From the sequence record DRR723986_1326: a stretch of DNA of 20,000 nt. The stretch is one strand, 5' to 3'. Each line of letters starts with the position of its first letter. Position 1 is the first letter of the stretch. The notes under the pieces are model-generated. The model was not told the DNA's origin and searched no databases. It saw only the letters and a program-made list of their open reading frames with translations. Below are positions 6,870 to 15,965 of the stretch, piece after piece. Both the position numbers and the translations under genes were made by a program.

Positions 6870-8990
6870 TTGCTTCGTAGAGGATTGCTAGCAAAGTGGT
6901 TGCGATCGAGCTCCCAATTTGTAGCTCCTCACCTGATTGGCGCTACGTTGCTGGTCGCTGGCTCAACCGGCTGTGCCCAATTGGACTCGTTCCGTAAACA
7001 CAGGGTTACACCGAAAGAGACCACTCAACTTTCGGCCCCTGAGCCCAAGTCCTCGCGGAAATCATCCGTGCAGCAGGAGGAGCGTCTATCCAACGTTCCT
7101 GTTGTTCCAACCAGTTTCCACGCGCCAATCGATCCAGCGCAGAATCAAACGGGCCAAGCTACAGCCGCTCAGACGCCAAACGCGCAGCCAACGTTAACGC
7201 AAACGACAACCGCGCCCACGGTTGCGCCGCAGGGTCAGCAGTCAAGCCGAGTTGCCGCGCAGCCGGTTGGCTATGCAAGACCAGTTGCGCAAGAGGCACC
7301 CGCGACGCTGATCGAGGGACAGCCATCCCAGTTGCCAAATGTCATGCCACCAGAGATTCAGGTGGCCCCAGGATCACCGGCAGTGCGGTCTGATCAGGTC
7401 GCCGCTCCTCAAAACGGCCCACTCCCAGCGCCAGGCGCGAGCGAACCGCAGGCAGGCGGTGAACAAGGAACAGCCCCGGAGATGGGTGAAACAACCGGTT
7501 ATGCGGGCGACTCTTTCCTCTCCCTCGCTGATGTCATTGCCAGTGTCTATCAAGCCTTTCCGATGATCAACGCGGCGAGGCAAGAGCGGCAAATCGCTGG
7601 CGGTCAACTCCAGCAAGCCTGGGGTGCGTACGATACGAAACTTCAAGGCTATACGCTCAACGAACCCCTGGGCTTTTACAGAAACTTTCGTCAGGGCCTT
7701 GGCGTAGCACGACAAACATGGTGGGGCGGTTATGTATCGGCCGGTTATCGCCTCGGTCGTGGTGATTTCCAACCTTGGTACAAAGAACGTGAGACCAATG
7801 AAGGCGGCGAGTTCAAAATAGCTTTTGCCCAACCGCTGCTCCGCGGAAGAGCGATCGATCCACAGCGAGTCGCAGTCTTCCAAGCTTCGTTGGCAACGCG
7901 TGCAGCGGATCCCATCGTACAGCAGGCAATTCTGGACACATCTCAAGAAGCTGCTACGACCTATTGGAAGTGGGTTGCTGCTGGCGCTACTCTCCAAGCG
8001 CAACGCGAGCTACTTGAACTTGCTACTACACGTGGCGACGGGCTGGAGGCAGACTATAAGGCCAATCGGATCCCAGTAGTCGACTTAGTTTACAACCGCA
8101 AACTGATCGCCGACCGAACGACCTCTCAACTCAAGGCGCTCCAGAAGTTTCGAGAGGCCTCCGCAAAACTGTCCCTCTTTCTTCGTGACGAAATGGGCAA
8201 TCCGCTCAACGCTGATATTGATTGGGTTCCCCAACACTTTCCTGAGATTCAATCCTATACACCCAGGGATTTCGCTAGCGACTTCTCCGATGCACTTCGA
8301 CGCCGTCCAGAGCCGACGCTCCTACGTTTCGAAATGCAACAAGTGCAACTGGAGCGGCAGCTAGCGCGGAATGACTTACTGCCAAATCTCGACCTCGTCG
8401 CAGAAACATCACAGGACACCGGTCTGAGAGCTTCCAGCTCGAATGACAAAGGGCAATTCGAAATCGTAGTTGGTTTGCAAGGAGAAGTGCCGCTACAACG
8501 GAACAAGGCACAAGGTAAGCAAATCGAAACGCTAGCAAAGATTCAGCAGATATCGAACAAAATCGAGTATACGGAGAATAAGATCGGAGCCGAACTACAG
8601 CGAGCTCGCGCCGCCTTAGATCTGGCCGAACAAATCGTTGAGCAAGCGGAAGAGGGGCTACTGCAGTCTATCCGCGCCCTCTCTATCTACAACAAAGTGT
8701 TCGAAATCGGTGGCAAAGCCAACCTTATTCTCATCAACATTCTTGAAACAGAAGTGAATGAGAGTGAGCTTAAGCTTGTCGAAGCCCAACAGAATTGGTT
8801 TATTGCTCTTGTCGACTTCCAGGCCGTGCTCGGGTTAAACCCACTGGACCAAGCGATGACGGTCTCGCAACTTCCAGAATCGCAGCGCGCTGGTCCAGGA
8901 TTCCTGCCTGAACCTGAAATGGTTTCACCAGAAGAACTGGAGCGCGAAATGGAGCTTCTAGGAAACCCTAGTCTGCAACCACAACCGTAA
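6870..8990 (+). CDS. TolC/OMF-family outer membrane channel, predicted lipoprotein
   Basis: OEP-type repeats (LSLADVIASVYQAFP, FAQPLLRGRAID, LARNDLLPNLDL, EVPLQRNKAQG). A hydrophobic signal ends in a lipobox-like STG-C (Cys codon 6972-6974). The start is uncertain: in-frame TTG at 6870, 6885 or 6900 fits the signal peptide better than the ATG at 6762, which overlaps the MFP gene by 100 nt. Confidence 0.85.
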   Translation: MLRRGLLAKWLRSSSQFVAPHLIGATLLVAGSTGCAQLDSFRKHRVTPKETTQLSAPEPKSSRKSSVQQEERLSNVPVVPTSFHAPIDPAQNQTGQATAAQTPNAQPTLTQTTTAPTVAPQGQQSSRVAAQPVGYARPVAQEAPATLIEGQPSQLPNVMPPEIQVAPGSPAVRSDQVAAPQNGPLPAPGASEPQAGGEQGTAPEMGETTGYAGDSFLSLADVIASVYQAFPMINAARQERQIAGGQLQQAWGAYDTKLQGYTLNEPLGFYRNFRQGLGVARQTWWGGYVSAGYRLGRGDFQPWYKERETNEGGEFKIAFAQPLLRGRAIDPQRVAVFQASLATRAADPIVQQAILDTSQEAATTYWKWVAAGATLQAQRELLELATTRGDGLEADYKANRIPVVDLVYNRKLIADRTTSQLKALQKFREASAKLSLFLRDEMGNPLNADIDWVPQHFPEIQSYTPRDFASDFSDALRRRPEPTLLRFEMQQVQLERQLARNDLLPNLDLVAETSQDTGLRASSSNDKGQFEIVVGLQGEVPLQRNKAQGKQIETLAKIQQISNKIEYTENKIGAELQRARAALDLAEQIVEQAEEGLLQSIRALSIYNKVFEIGGKANLILINILETEVNESELKLVEAQQNWFIALVDFQAVLGLNPLDQAMTVSQLPESQRAGPGFLPEPEMVSPEELEREMELLGNPSLQPQP

Positions 8991-9030
8991 GACTTCCCTC
9001 GCGCACAATCGAAACAGTTCGCGAACCCAC

Positions 9031-11334
9031 TCACGGCAGCACCTGAGCGTCGTCGTCTCCCAGCACTCGCGAGAGCTGCTGCATGGTGCGATCGAGCTTT
9101 TGGTAAGCGTAGAACGATGCGATGAGTCCGACGCCGGTAATGACCACTCCGGTCAGAATCAGGTTCTCATGTGCCTGATCGCTTAGGACGATCAAGCCCA
9201 GTGCCGCCAACGGAATCATTGCCGCGGAAAGCAGGTACCAACGCATCTGTCGACGGATCGCAGCACAGCGACCACCGAATCCGGCGTCGTCCATCGTCGG
9301 TGCAATGACCGCAGGGTAGTACACGACGATCGCAAGAAGCGTCATCCCGAAATATGGGTAGATCCACGCCACGCCTCCACAAAGCACAAGGGAGACGAAG
9401 AAGTGGAACGCGTCATCAAGATCAAACTCTGAGTGCATTGTGGCAAACGAAGTCGCAAACACAACTCCGGAAACAGTCCATAGGATGCCACAGATTAGCG
9501 TGGCATAATTTCCGATCTGCCACAGTCGCCTCAGTTCATGCGTTGAGACTGCGTCGCCGGCGCGTGCTCGGCGGACGATCTTGACAATCGGCCAAGTAAT
9601 CCACAAGAACAACAAGCCGCCCAGAGGGAACACGATTGCGTTGACCAGATTTGCGACGTATCGGAAGTCTTCCTCAATCCCCTCAATTTGCAACGGAACC
9701 TGGCTGGCCTCCGAGGCGATCGCGGACGAACTCTTCACCGAGGATTGAAATGCGGGATCAATGTCCTTCATGCGTTGGTGATTGTAGTAGTAGTTGAAGA
9801 CGCTGGCCGCCGTGTTGGGGCCGAAAATAAGCGCGGCAGCAACCAACAGCACCGGCAGACACAACAGCCAGCCCGCGAGACTGTTCTTTGCTGGCTGAAA
9901 GCACTCGGCCAGATCGGGGTAGAACGCGAGCTTCAGTCGTGCCGCAGCCTCTTTACCACTCCGCGGCCGCCGCTCAGGATCGACGTTCAAGAGGTCCCGA
10001 ACAACCTTCTCGAGTGCTCGTTCAGTGGCCGTCTCAGCAGGGAACTCCGGCACGAACTCCTTTTCTCGAACATCACGTTGCAACTTAACAGCCTCAGTCC
10101 AACTAGCCGCCAACTCGGATAGCTGCCAGGGGCGTTTTCCTTGCCAGAGTTCCCACAGGACAATCCCCAACGCGTACAAATCGCTCCGACCGTCCAGTTG
10201 ATCTGCGGAAAGGCTGTCCAGTGGGTCGGCAACCTGCAGTTGCTCGGGGGACATATACGCCAGAGAACCTCCAAAGTAGGCTGCCGCTCCAGCACGACCG
10301 CCCAGTCCACTGCAACTTACGTTGAAGTCGGCCAGTTTCGGAATCGCTTCACCAGACAACAGAATGTTCGCGGGCTTTACATCGCGATGCAAAACACCTT
10401 TCGTGTCGGCATAGCCCAGCCCCTCGGCCAATTGAATTCCGATCCAGCTAACGGCTTCGGCCCATGACATCTCTGCGATGGCAGCTCGTATTGCGGATTG
10501 CTCGGGCACTGACTGGTTTGCGGCAAGCAGACTGCGATCAATCGCCTCAAGCACGTGCTTGCCAGCCCACAACTTGCGAGGCAAAGCGCGAACATGCTTG
10601 ATCGTGTCGGCAACTGTACCGCCGGGTAGATACTGCATGTACAGCAAGATGGTTGGCGGCTGATGAATCTCTCGTTGGTCAAAGACTCGCACCACATTCG
10701 GATGATCCAACTGCGAAAGTGCTTGCGGCTCCGAACTTCCTCGCGAGGTAGCCTTTAGCGCAACGAGTCGCTGCATCGATTCTTGGCGAGCGAGATAGAC
10801 CCGTGCAAAGGCGCCTTGCCCCAGTTGCTTAAGGATATGGAAATCGTCGACTTGCTCACCAACAGGAAGTTCGGGAACTCGCGACGCAACTCCGGTAAAC
10901 TCTTGTGTTTCGCCACCAGCAAGCCACTTTCCAATCGTAGCAGCCAAGTCTGGAAAACGCTGTCGGTAGTCTTCCCAAGAAGGTCGCTGCCCGGCCGCGC
11001 GGCGCAGTTGCACTTCTTCCAGCACTAGATCGAACGGCACCAACTCACTTGGAAGCAACTCAGCAACGGCTGGCCAGTAGAATTCCAGCGTTCTCGCTTG
11101 GCCGTGTTCGTGGGCTGTGGCCAAGTCGAACTTCATCAGTTCAACGAGGATTAGTCGCGTTGATTCTGCCGACGCGGTGGGGATGAGTTCAATTAATTGT
11201 GTTGCCGAATCAACCGGAGATAGGCCACTCAGTTGATCCATGCACATTTCTAGGAGCGCAAACGACGCTTCGATAGTCTCGCCGTCGAAGTCTTGATCCT
11301 GATCTTGGTCCTGCTTACGGGGCTGTTCAGACAT
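9031..11334 (-). CDS. Hanks-type Ser/Thr protein kinase with C-terminal multi-pass membrane domain
   Basis: 767 aa with LGQGAFARVY (P-loop), VALK, HPNVVRV, HRDVKPANILL, ADFN (DFG position), GGSLAYMSPEQ, SDLYALGIVLWEL and PERRP. About 6 hydrophobic segments lie in the C-terminal ~280 aa. Confidence 0.95.
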   Translation of the reverse strand: MSEQPRKQDQDQDQDFDGETIEASFALLEMCMDQLSGLSPVDSATQLIELIPTASAESTRLILVELMKFDLATAHEHGQARTLEFYWPAVAELLPSELVPFDLVLEEVQLRRAAGQRPSWEDYRQRFPDLAATIGKWLAGGETQEFTGVASRVPELPVGEQVDDFHILKQLGQGAFARVYLARQESMQRLVALKATSRGSSEPQALSQLDHPNVVRVFDQREIHQPPTILLYMQYLPGGTVADTIKHVRALPRKLWAGKHVLEAIDRSLLAANQSVPEQSAIRAAIAEMSWAEAVSWIGIQLAEGLGYADTKGVLHRDVKPANILLSGEAIPKLADFNVSCSGLGGRAGAAAYFGGSLAYMSPEQLQVADPLDSLSADQLDGRSDLYALGIVLWELWQGKRPWQLSELAASWTEAVKLQRDVREKEFVPEFPAETATERALEKVVRDLLNVDPERRPRSGKEAAARLKLAFYPDLAECFQPAKNSLAGWLLCLPVLLVAAALIFGPNTAASVFNYYYNHQRMKDIDPAFQSSVKSSSAIASEASQVPLQIEGIEEDFRYVANLVNAIVFPLGGLLFLWITWPIVKIVRRARAGDAVSTHELRRLWQIGNYATLICGILWTVSGVVFATSFATMHSEFDLDDAFHFFVSLVLCGGVAWIYPYFGMTLLAIVVYYPAVIAPTMDDAGFGGRCAAIRRQMRWYLLSAAMIPLAALGLIVLSDQAHENLILTGVVITGVGLIASFYAYQKLDRTMQQLSRVLGDDDAQVLP

Positions 11335-11916
11335 AAATCATGTTGTGGCGTTTGGATGGATCGGGCGTGACTACCAACAAGCATTGCTCTGGAGATGCAA
11401 TTACATTGTTGCACGCGACGGAGTGAGGAGACAGGTACGACTGCAAGACAAATCGTTTGTAGGGCAGGGCACTTGCCGCTTCGCCAACCCAGATTGGACG
11501 CTCCGTGCAGCTAGACAGGCCGTTATGCCGCGGTCGGAGAACCATATGCTTGGCGGATAGCCGCCTCTTGCGACTATGCCTTAGCCCCTCCGCACTTCTG
11601 GGATTGCCGCCAATGCGTTAAAATGACGCCTCAACTGCACCGCCTGCGGGCTGGAATGAATTCTTGCGATTTCAACTTTCTCAAGGATGAGCGCGGACGA
11701 AATCTATTGGTCGTCGTTTGATCGGCTCGCTGAACCACTATCTAGTCGTGGTCTACATCGTGCTGACCAGACGGCGATCTCTGCATTTGACACCACCGGG
11801 AAGCTGCACCACGAAGTGAGACAGTTGCCTCGGTGGCGTTCGTTTTGTGCCGATACAATCGTGACGTAAAACCGGTTTACGTCGATCGAGCAACTAGCAG
11901 CAAAAAAGGATGAGCC

Positions 11917-12405
11917 ATGGCCGAGATGGTCCCAATGACTCGCGAAAAGTACAACGAGATTCGCGCCGAAGTGGAGCAACTTGAGAACATCGAGATGCCC
12001 AAAGTTGCGGAGAAGATCGCCGAAGCCCGCGCCGAAGGCGACTTGAAAGAGAACGCCGAATATCACGCCCAGCGTGAAAATCAGGGCATGCTGCAGGCGA
12101 AGATCAACCAGAAAAAGCAGATGATTGCCAACGCGTACATCATCGACCCTAGCAAACTGTCCAAGGACGAAGTTGGTTTGCTGGCAACGGTAGTGGTCAA
12201 AGATCTAGACTACAACGACGAGGAAGAATTCACGCTCGTCGGCGCTGGCGATGAAGACTACGACACGGGCAAGATCCTATCGACCAGTCCAATCGGGGCA
12301 GCGTTGATGGGTACCAAGATCGGCGACAAAGTCGAGGTCGAAGTGCCCAAAGGCACCTTGAAGTTCGAGATCTTGGAAATCAAATACGACTTCGGCGATG
12401 AGTAA
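11917..12405 (+). CDS. greA: Transcription elongation factor GreA
   Basis: 162 aa with the signature [18 protein letters not shown] and C-terminal [39 protein letters not shown] lies upstream of the ATG. Confidence 0.97.
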   Translation: MAEMVPMTREKYNEIRAEVEQLENIEMPKVAEKIAEARAEGDLKENAEYHAQRENQGMLQAKINQKKQMIANAYIIDPSKLSKDEVGLLATVVVKDLDYNDEEEFTLVGAGDEDYDTGKILSTSPIGAALMGTKIGDKVEVEVPKGTLKFEILEIKYDFGDE

Positions 12406-12413
12406 AAACGCGG

Positions 12414-13112
12414 ATGAGTAGCAACGAGACAGACAGTGCGGCCGAAACGGACAACGCGGAAGAACACAAAGAACCGTCGCTCGGCCCCGCGTGCCTTGTC
12501 ATTGGTATCCTTGGCCTAGCATCCTTCTGCGCGTTTTGCGGAATTGGAAGCTGGATCATGTTCTATGACCAGTATCCGATGGCCGAGGACGGAATCCGGG
12601 AACAATTGATTCCCTGGGTTAAGCAAAGTCAGTTGGCCACCGACGACAAGAACTCAATCGTAAAGCAACTCAACGACCTCATTCCAAAACTCCAGCAGAA
12701 AACGATCAACAAGCAGCAACTACTACGTCTGCGAAACTGCTTAACTGATAATCCAGTGCTCCTGTGGGGTGGAGTCCAATCGATCGTTGCACAATCGGAA
12801 ACATCCGAGCTGTCAGACGTCGAAAAACAGACCCTTGAACGATTGACTCAGCGGTTGATGCGAATGGCAACGGATCGTGAGCTGAGCCGCAATGACATCG
12901 AATTTGCTTTGCAGCCCTGTGCAAAGGTTCGTGAAGACCAAATGGGCCTCGAAGTGCTGCCTGATTTGTCGGCCGATCAGATCCGTGACTTCATGACTCG
13001 AAGCGAACAGTTGCTCAACAAGAGCCAAATCCCCAACCAGGCCTACGACAAGACGCCTGCGGAAGCGTTCGAGATCCTGATCGATGCAGCTCTAGACCTG
13101 AAGACTCTCTAG
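12414..13112 (+). CDS. Hypothetical protein with single N-terminal membrane anchor and helical soluble domain
   Basis: 232-aa ORF 8 bp downstream of greA. An acidic N-terminus is followed by a hydrophobic Cys-containing segment (GPACLVIGILGLASFCAFCGIGSWIMF) and then amphipathic helices. Confidence 0.8.
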   Translation: MSSNETDSAAETDNAEEHKEPSLGPACLVIGILGLASFCAFCGIGSWIMFYDQYPMAEDGIREQLIPWVKQSQLATDDKNSIVKQLNDLIPKLQQKTINKQQLLRLRNCLTDNPVLLWGGVQSIVAQSETSELSDVEKQTLERLTQRLMRMATDRELSRNDIEFALQPCAKVREDQMGLEVLPDLSADQIRDFMTRSEQLLNKSQIPNQAYDKTPAEAFEILIDAALDLKTL

Positions 13113-13403
13113 TCTTTCTCGGACAAAAGGCGATACCATAGGCCATCGTGCGGGCGTTCTTGCAGGCATTGCGAGCGACGCTTTGGTGGCACAAGGTTAT
13201 CCCTCAAACAACAGCGTCATCGCTCGAACACTAGCCGGGGCCGCAAACAGGCTCGCAGCAGCCGCAGTGTTCGTCTTTCCTTGCCCCCCATCTGACGCCA
13301 CAGTTTCACTCCCGATCTCCCAGGCTACAATGGTGCTCGGTTGGCGCTTCTTTCTCCGACCACCATACCAATTCTGCTTCGCTCAAGCTCGATGTGAACA
13401 CCG

Positions 13404-15095
13404 ATGGCTTTCCTCTCAGCAATTAGCGGCTCGAACTTTGGCAGACGTTTCGACTTGAAGAAGCCTGAAACGGTTCTGGGTCGGCACCCCGAGTGTGACG
13501 TCACCATCGACGTTGGCGCGGTCAGCCGACAACATGCCCGCATCCTCAAACGCGATGAGAATCAGTTTGAAATCGAGGATCTCAAGAGCCGCAATAACAC
13601 GTTCTTGAACGGGCAGAAAATCACGTCGCCGGTTCCATTGCATGATGGTGACCTGATACGAATTTGCGATGTCGAGTATTCCTTTCATGTCGAAGACGGC
13701 ACGGGGCTGTTGTCAGGCAATACCATCGCGGGCGCCGATGGCCAGTCGTCGGTCAGCGTACTGCTTGTCGACGACAGCGGCGAAGATGAGTCATCCAGAG
13801 CCGTTAGCAGCAAACTTGATATCCGAGGAAGCCAACATGGATCGCAACTAACCAGTTCATCTGAGGCTCGACTACACGCAGTGTTGCAGATTGCTCAAAA
13901 TCTTGGGCGGGCAATCCAATTGGAGGAAGTGCTGCCGAAAGTGCTCGACACGCTCTTCAAAATCTTCTTGCAGGCCGATCGCGCCTTCGTTGTCCTCAAG
14001 GAGGGTGAAGAGCTGATTCCCCGATGGGTGAAGACTAGGCAACCAGATCAATCGGAGGCGTTTCGAATTAGCCGAACAGTTATGAACGAAGTCATGGAGG
14101 CGAAGCAGGCGATCATATCGCTCAACGCGTCTACAGACGAACGATTCGGCATGGCAAACAGCATCTCCGATTTCCGCATTCGTTCTATCATCGTCGCACC
14201 GCTGCTTGATTCCGATGACAATGCGCTAGGTGCGATTCAGATCGACACCATCAATCCGAAACGGCATTTCAATGACGAGGACCTTGAGATCCTAGCTGGT
14301 GTAGCGACTCAAGCGGGCATCGCCATCGAGAATGCGCAAATGCACGACCAACTGGTTCAGCAAGAACGCGTAAACAAGGATTTGCAATTAGCACGCAACG
14401 TCCAAGAAGCTTTTTTGCCCGTTGATGCACCCGAGCTGGAGAACTACTCGTTCTTCCATTTCTATCGTCCCGCTGACCAGATCGGCGGCGACTACTTCGA
14501 TTACATCCGCCTGGCTGATGGACGAATTGGCATTGTAACCGCGGACGTTTCCGGTCACGGCATTGCGGCGGCCATGTTGATGGCAAAGCTCTCTGCAGAA
14601 ACGCGGTTTCTGCTTGCCAGCCATACGGACACAGCCGAGGCGATAACAAACCTCAACAAACGATTCTGGGCGCTGGACGTGAAGATGTTCGCCACCTTCT
14701 TATGTCTCGTCCTGGACCCGGAATCTGGAACGGTGGAGATGGTCAACGCTGGACATATGTTACCGATGTGGATCGATAGCGATGGACACATCCAAGAACC
14801 CGGAGACTCAATCACCGGCGTTCCAATTGGTGTCCTACCAGATTTTGAGTATCAACAAGCGTCAATCCAGCTCAAGCCAGGTGACCGACTGTTGCTATTC
14901 ACCGACGGAATTCACGAAGCCAACTCAGCCTCGGGAGAGCTGTACGGACTTGAGCGACTGCGGTGTATCGCCTCGCAGCATCCTGACGACGTTAAAGAGT
15001 TCGGTGAAACGGTCATCACCGACGTCAATCGATTTGCAGACGGCGTAGAACAATCCGACGACATGTGCTTGGTTGTTCTATCGAGAGAGGACTAA
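13404..15095 (+). CDS. FHA-GAF-SpoIIE (PP2C/RsbU-type) protein-serine phosphatase
   Basis: 563 aa. FHA motifs LGRHPECD, VSRQHA and DLKSRNNTFLNG; GAF region IRSIIVAPL..GAIQID..FNDEDLEIL..AGIAIENA; PP2C motifs IGGDYFD, ADVSGHG, NAGH, LFTDG and SDDMC. Confidence 0.95.
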   Translation: MAFLSAISGSNFGRRFDLKKPETVLGRHPECDVTIDVGAVSRQHARILKRDENQFEIEDLKSRNNTFLNGQKITSPVPLHDGDLIRICDVEYSFHVEDGTGLLSGNTIAGADGQSSVSVLLVDDSGEDESSRAVSSKLDIRGSQHGSQLTSSSEARLHAVLQIAQNLGRAIQLEEVLPKVLDTLFKIFLQADRAFVVLKEGEELIPRWVKTRQPDQSEAFRISRTVMNEVMEAKQAIISLNASTDERFGMANSISDFRIRSIIVAPLLDSDDNALGAIQIDTINPKRHFNDEDLEILAGVATQAGIAIENAQMHDQLVQQERVNKDLQLARNVQEAFLPVDAPELENYSFFHFYRPADQIGGDYFDYIRLADGRIGIVTADVSGHGIAAAMLMAKLSAETRFLLASHTDTAEAITNLNKRFWALDVKMFATFLCLVLDPESGTVEMVNAGHMLPMWIDSDGHIQEPGDSITGVPIGVLPDFEYQQASIQLKPGDRLLLFTDGIHEANSASGELYGLERLRCIASQHPDDVKEFGETVITDVNRFADGVEQSDDMCLVVLSRED

Positions 15096-15107
15096 TTCCC
15101 ATTCGCC

Positions 15108-15965
15108 CTATCCCAGGGGCAACTCATCCGCATCGCCGCGTGGACGAACGAATCGATAACGTACGATGCAGTAGATTGCATTCACGAGATCTCGCCATCC
15201 GATCTTCTTACCTTCATCGCGGCTTCGGCACGAGTAACCGACGCCAACCTCTTCAATCTTGAGCTTCAGTTGAGCACACTTGGCAGTGATCTCCGGCTCG
15301 AATCCGAACCGAGATTGCTCGATACTGACCTGCTGCAGAACCCTCCGATCAAACGCTTTGTAACACGTTTCCATGTCGGTAAGCTGGTAGCCGGTGAGTT
15401 TGTTGGACAGGAAGGTGAGTGCCCAATTTCCAAACCTGTGCAATGCTGATGGATCTTGCTCAGGAGTTTCCAAATAACGCGACCCGTAGCAGACGCTGGT
15501 TGAACCATCTTGAATGGGCGCGATGACCTTCATGATATCGGTCGGGTTGTATTCCAGATCTGCATCTTGAACTATCACGATATCGCCGCGCGCTCTCTCG
15601 AATCCTGTCTGCAAGGCCGCTCCCTTGCCACGGTTTTGCTCGTGATGCACGACCTCGACTTCGTCGTACTTAGCCAGTTCGTCGACCCGCTGTGGGGTCG
15701 CGTCAGTGCTACCGTCATCGACCACGATGATTTGCTTGTCGATGGGCAACTGGCGAACTTTTTCGACGATTTCGAATACCGTTTCCGGCTCGTTGTAGAC
15801 GGGAATGACTACAGTCAAAGGAAACGTATCGGGCCGCAGAGCGCTACGAACCAAGTCATCGGCGTACTCCAACACGGAATCAAACCGCTCGACAATCTCG
15901 CTAATGTCTGCATCGCGAGCAGGTGCTGAGGTGGATACCGGTTTGTTGGAAATCACTGAATTCAT
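15108..15965 (-). CDS. Glycosyltransferase family 2 (DPM1/polyprenol-phosphate glycosyltransferase-like)
   Basis: 285 aa with VVIPVYNE, IIVVDDGSTD, NRGKGAAL, QDADLEY (DxD), YGSRY, TDMETCYK and GFEPEITAK. The exact start is uncertain. Confidence 0.93.
   Translation of the reverse strand: MNSVISNKPVSTSAPARDADISEIVERFDSVLEYADDLVRSALRPDTFPLTVVIPVYNEPETVFEIVEKVRQLPIDKQIIVVDDGSTDATPQRVDELAKYDEVEVVHHEQNRGKGAALQTGFERARGDIVIVQDADLEYNPTDIMKVIAPIQDGSTSVCYGSRYLETPEQDPSALHRFGNWALTFLSNKLTGYQLTDMETCYKAFDRRVLQQVSIEQSRFGFEPEITAKCAQLKLKIEEVGVGYSCRSRDEGKKIGWRDLVNAIYCIVRYRFVRPRGDADELPLG

Noticed and set aside
7374-8003. 209-aa antisense ORF inside the TolC gene
   Set aside because: It is fully nested opposite a confident CDS and has no domain features.
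11290-11316. QDQDQDQD repeat at the kinase N-terminus as a phase-variable microsatellite
   Set aside because: The codons vary (CAG GAC CAA GAT CAG GAT CAA GAC) and the unit is 6 nt, so slippage would not shift the frame.
11552-11570. GGCGG-ATAG-CCGCC hairpin followed by TCTTG
   Set aside because: Only a 5-bp stem with a poor U-tract and no upstream gene on that strand to terminate.
11327-11869. Short ORFs between the kinase and greA as an ECF sigma remnant or leader peptide
   Set aside because: No sigma region 2 or 4 similarity is visible. The 60-aa ORF at 11687 has AAGG directly abutting its ATG, too close for a normal RBS.
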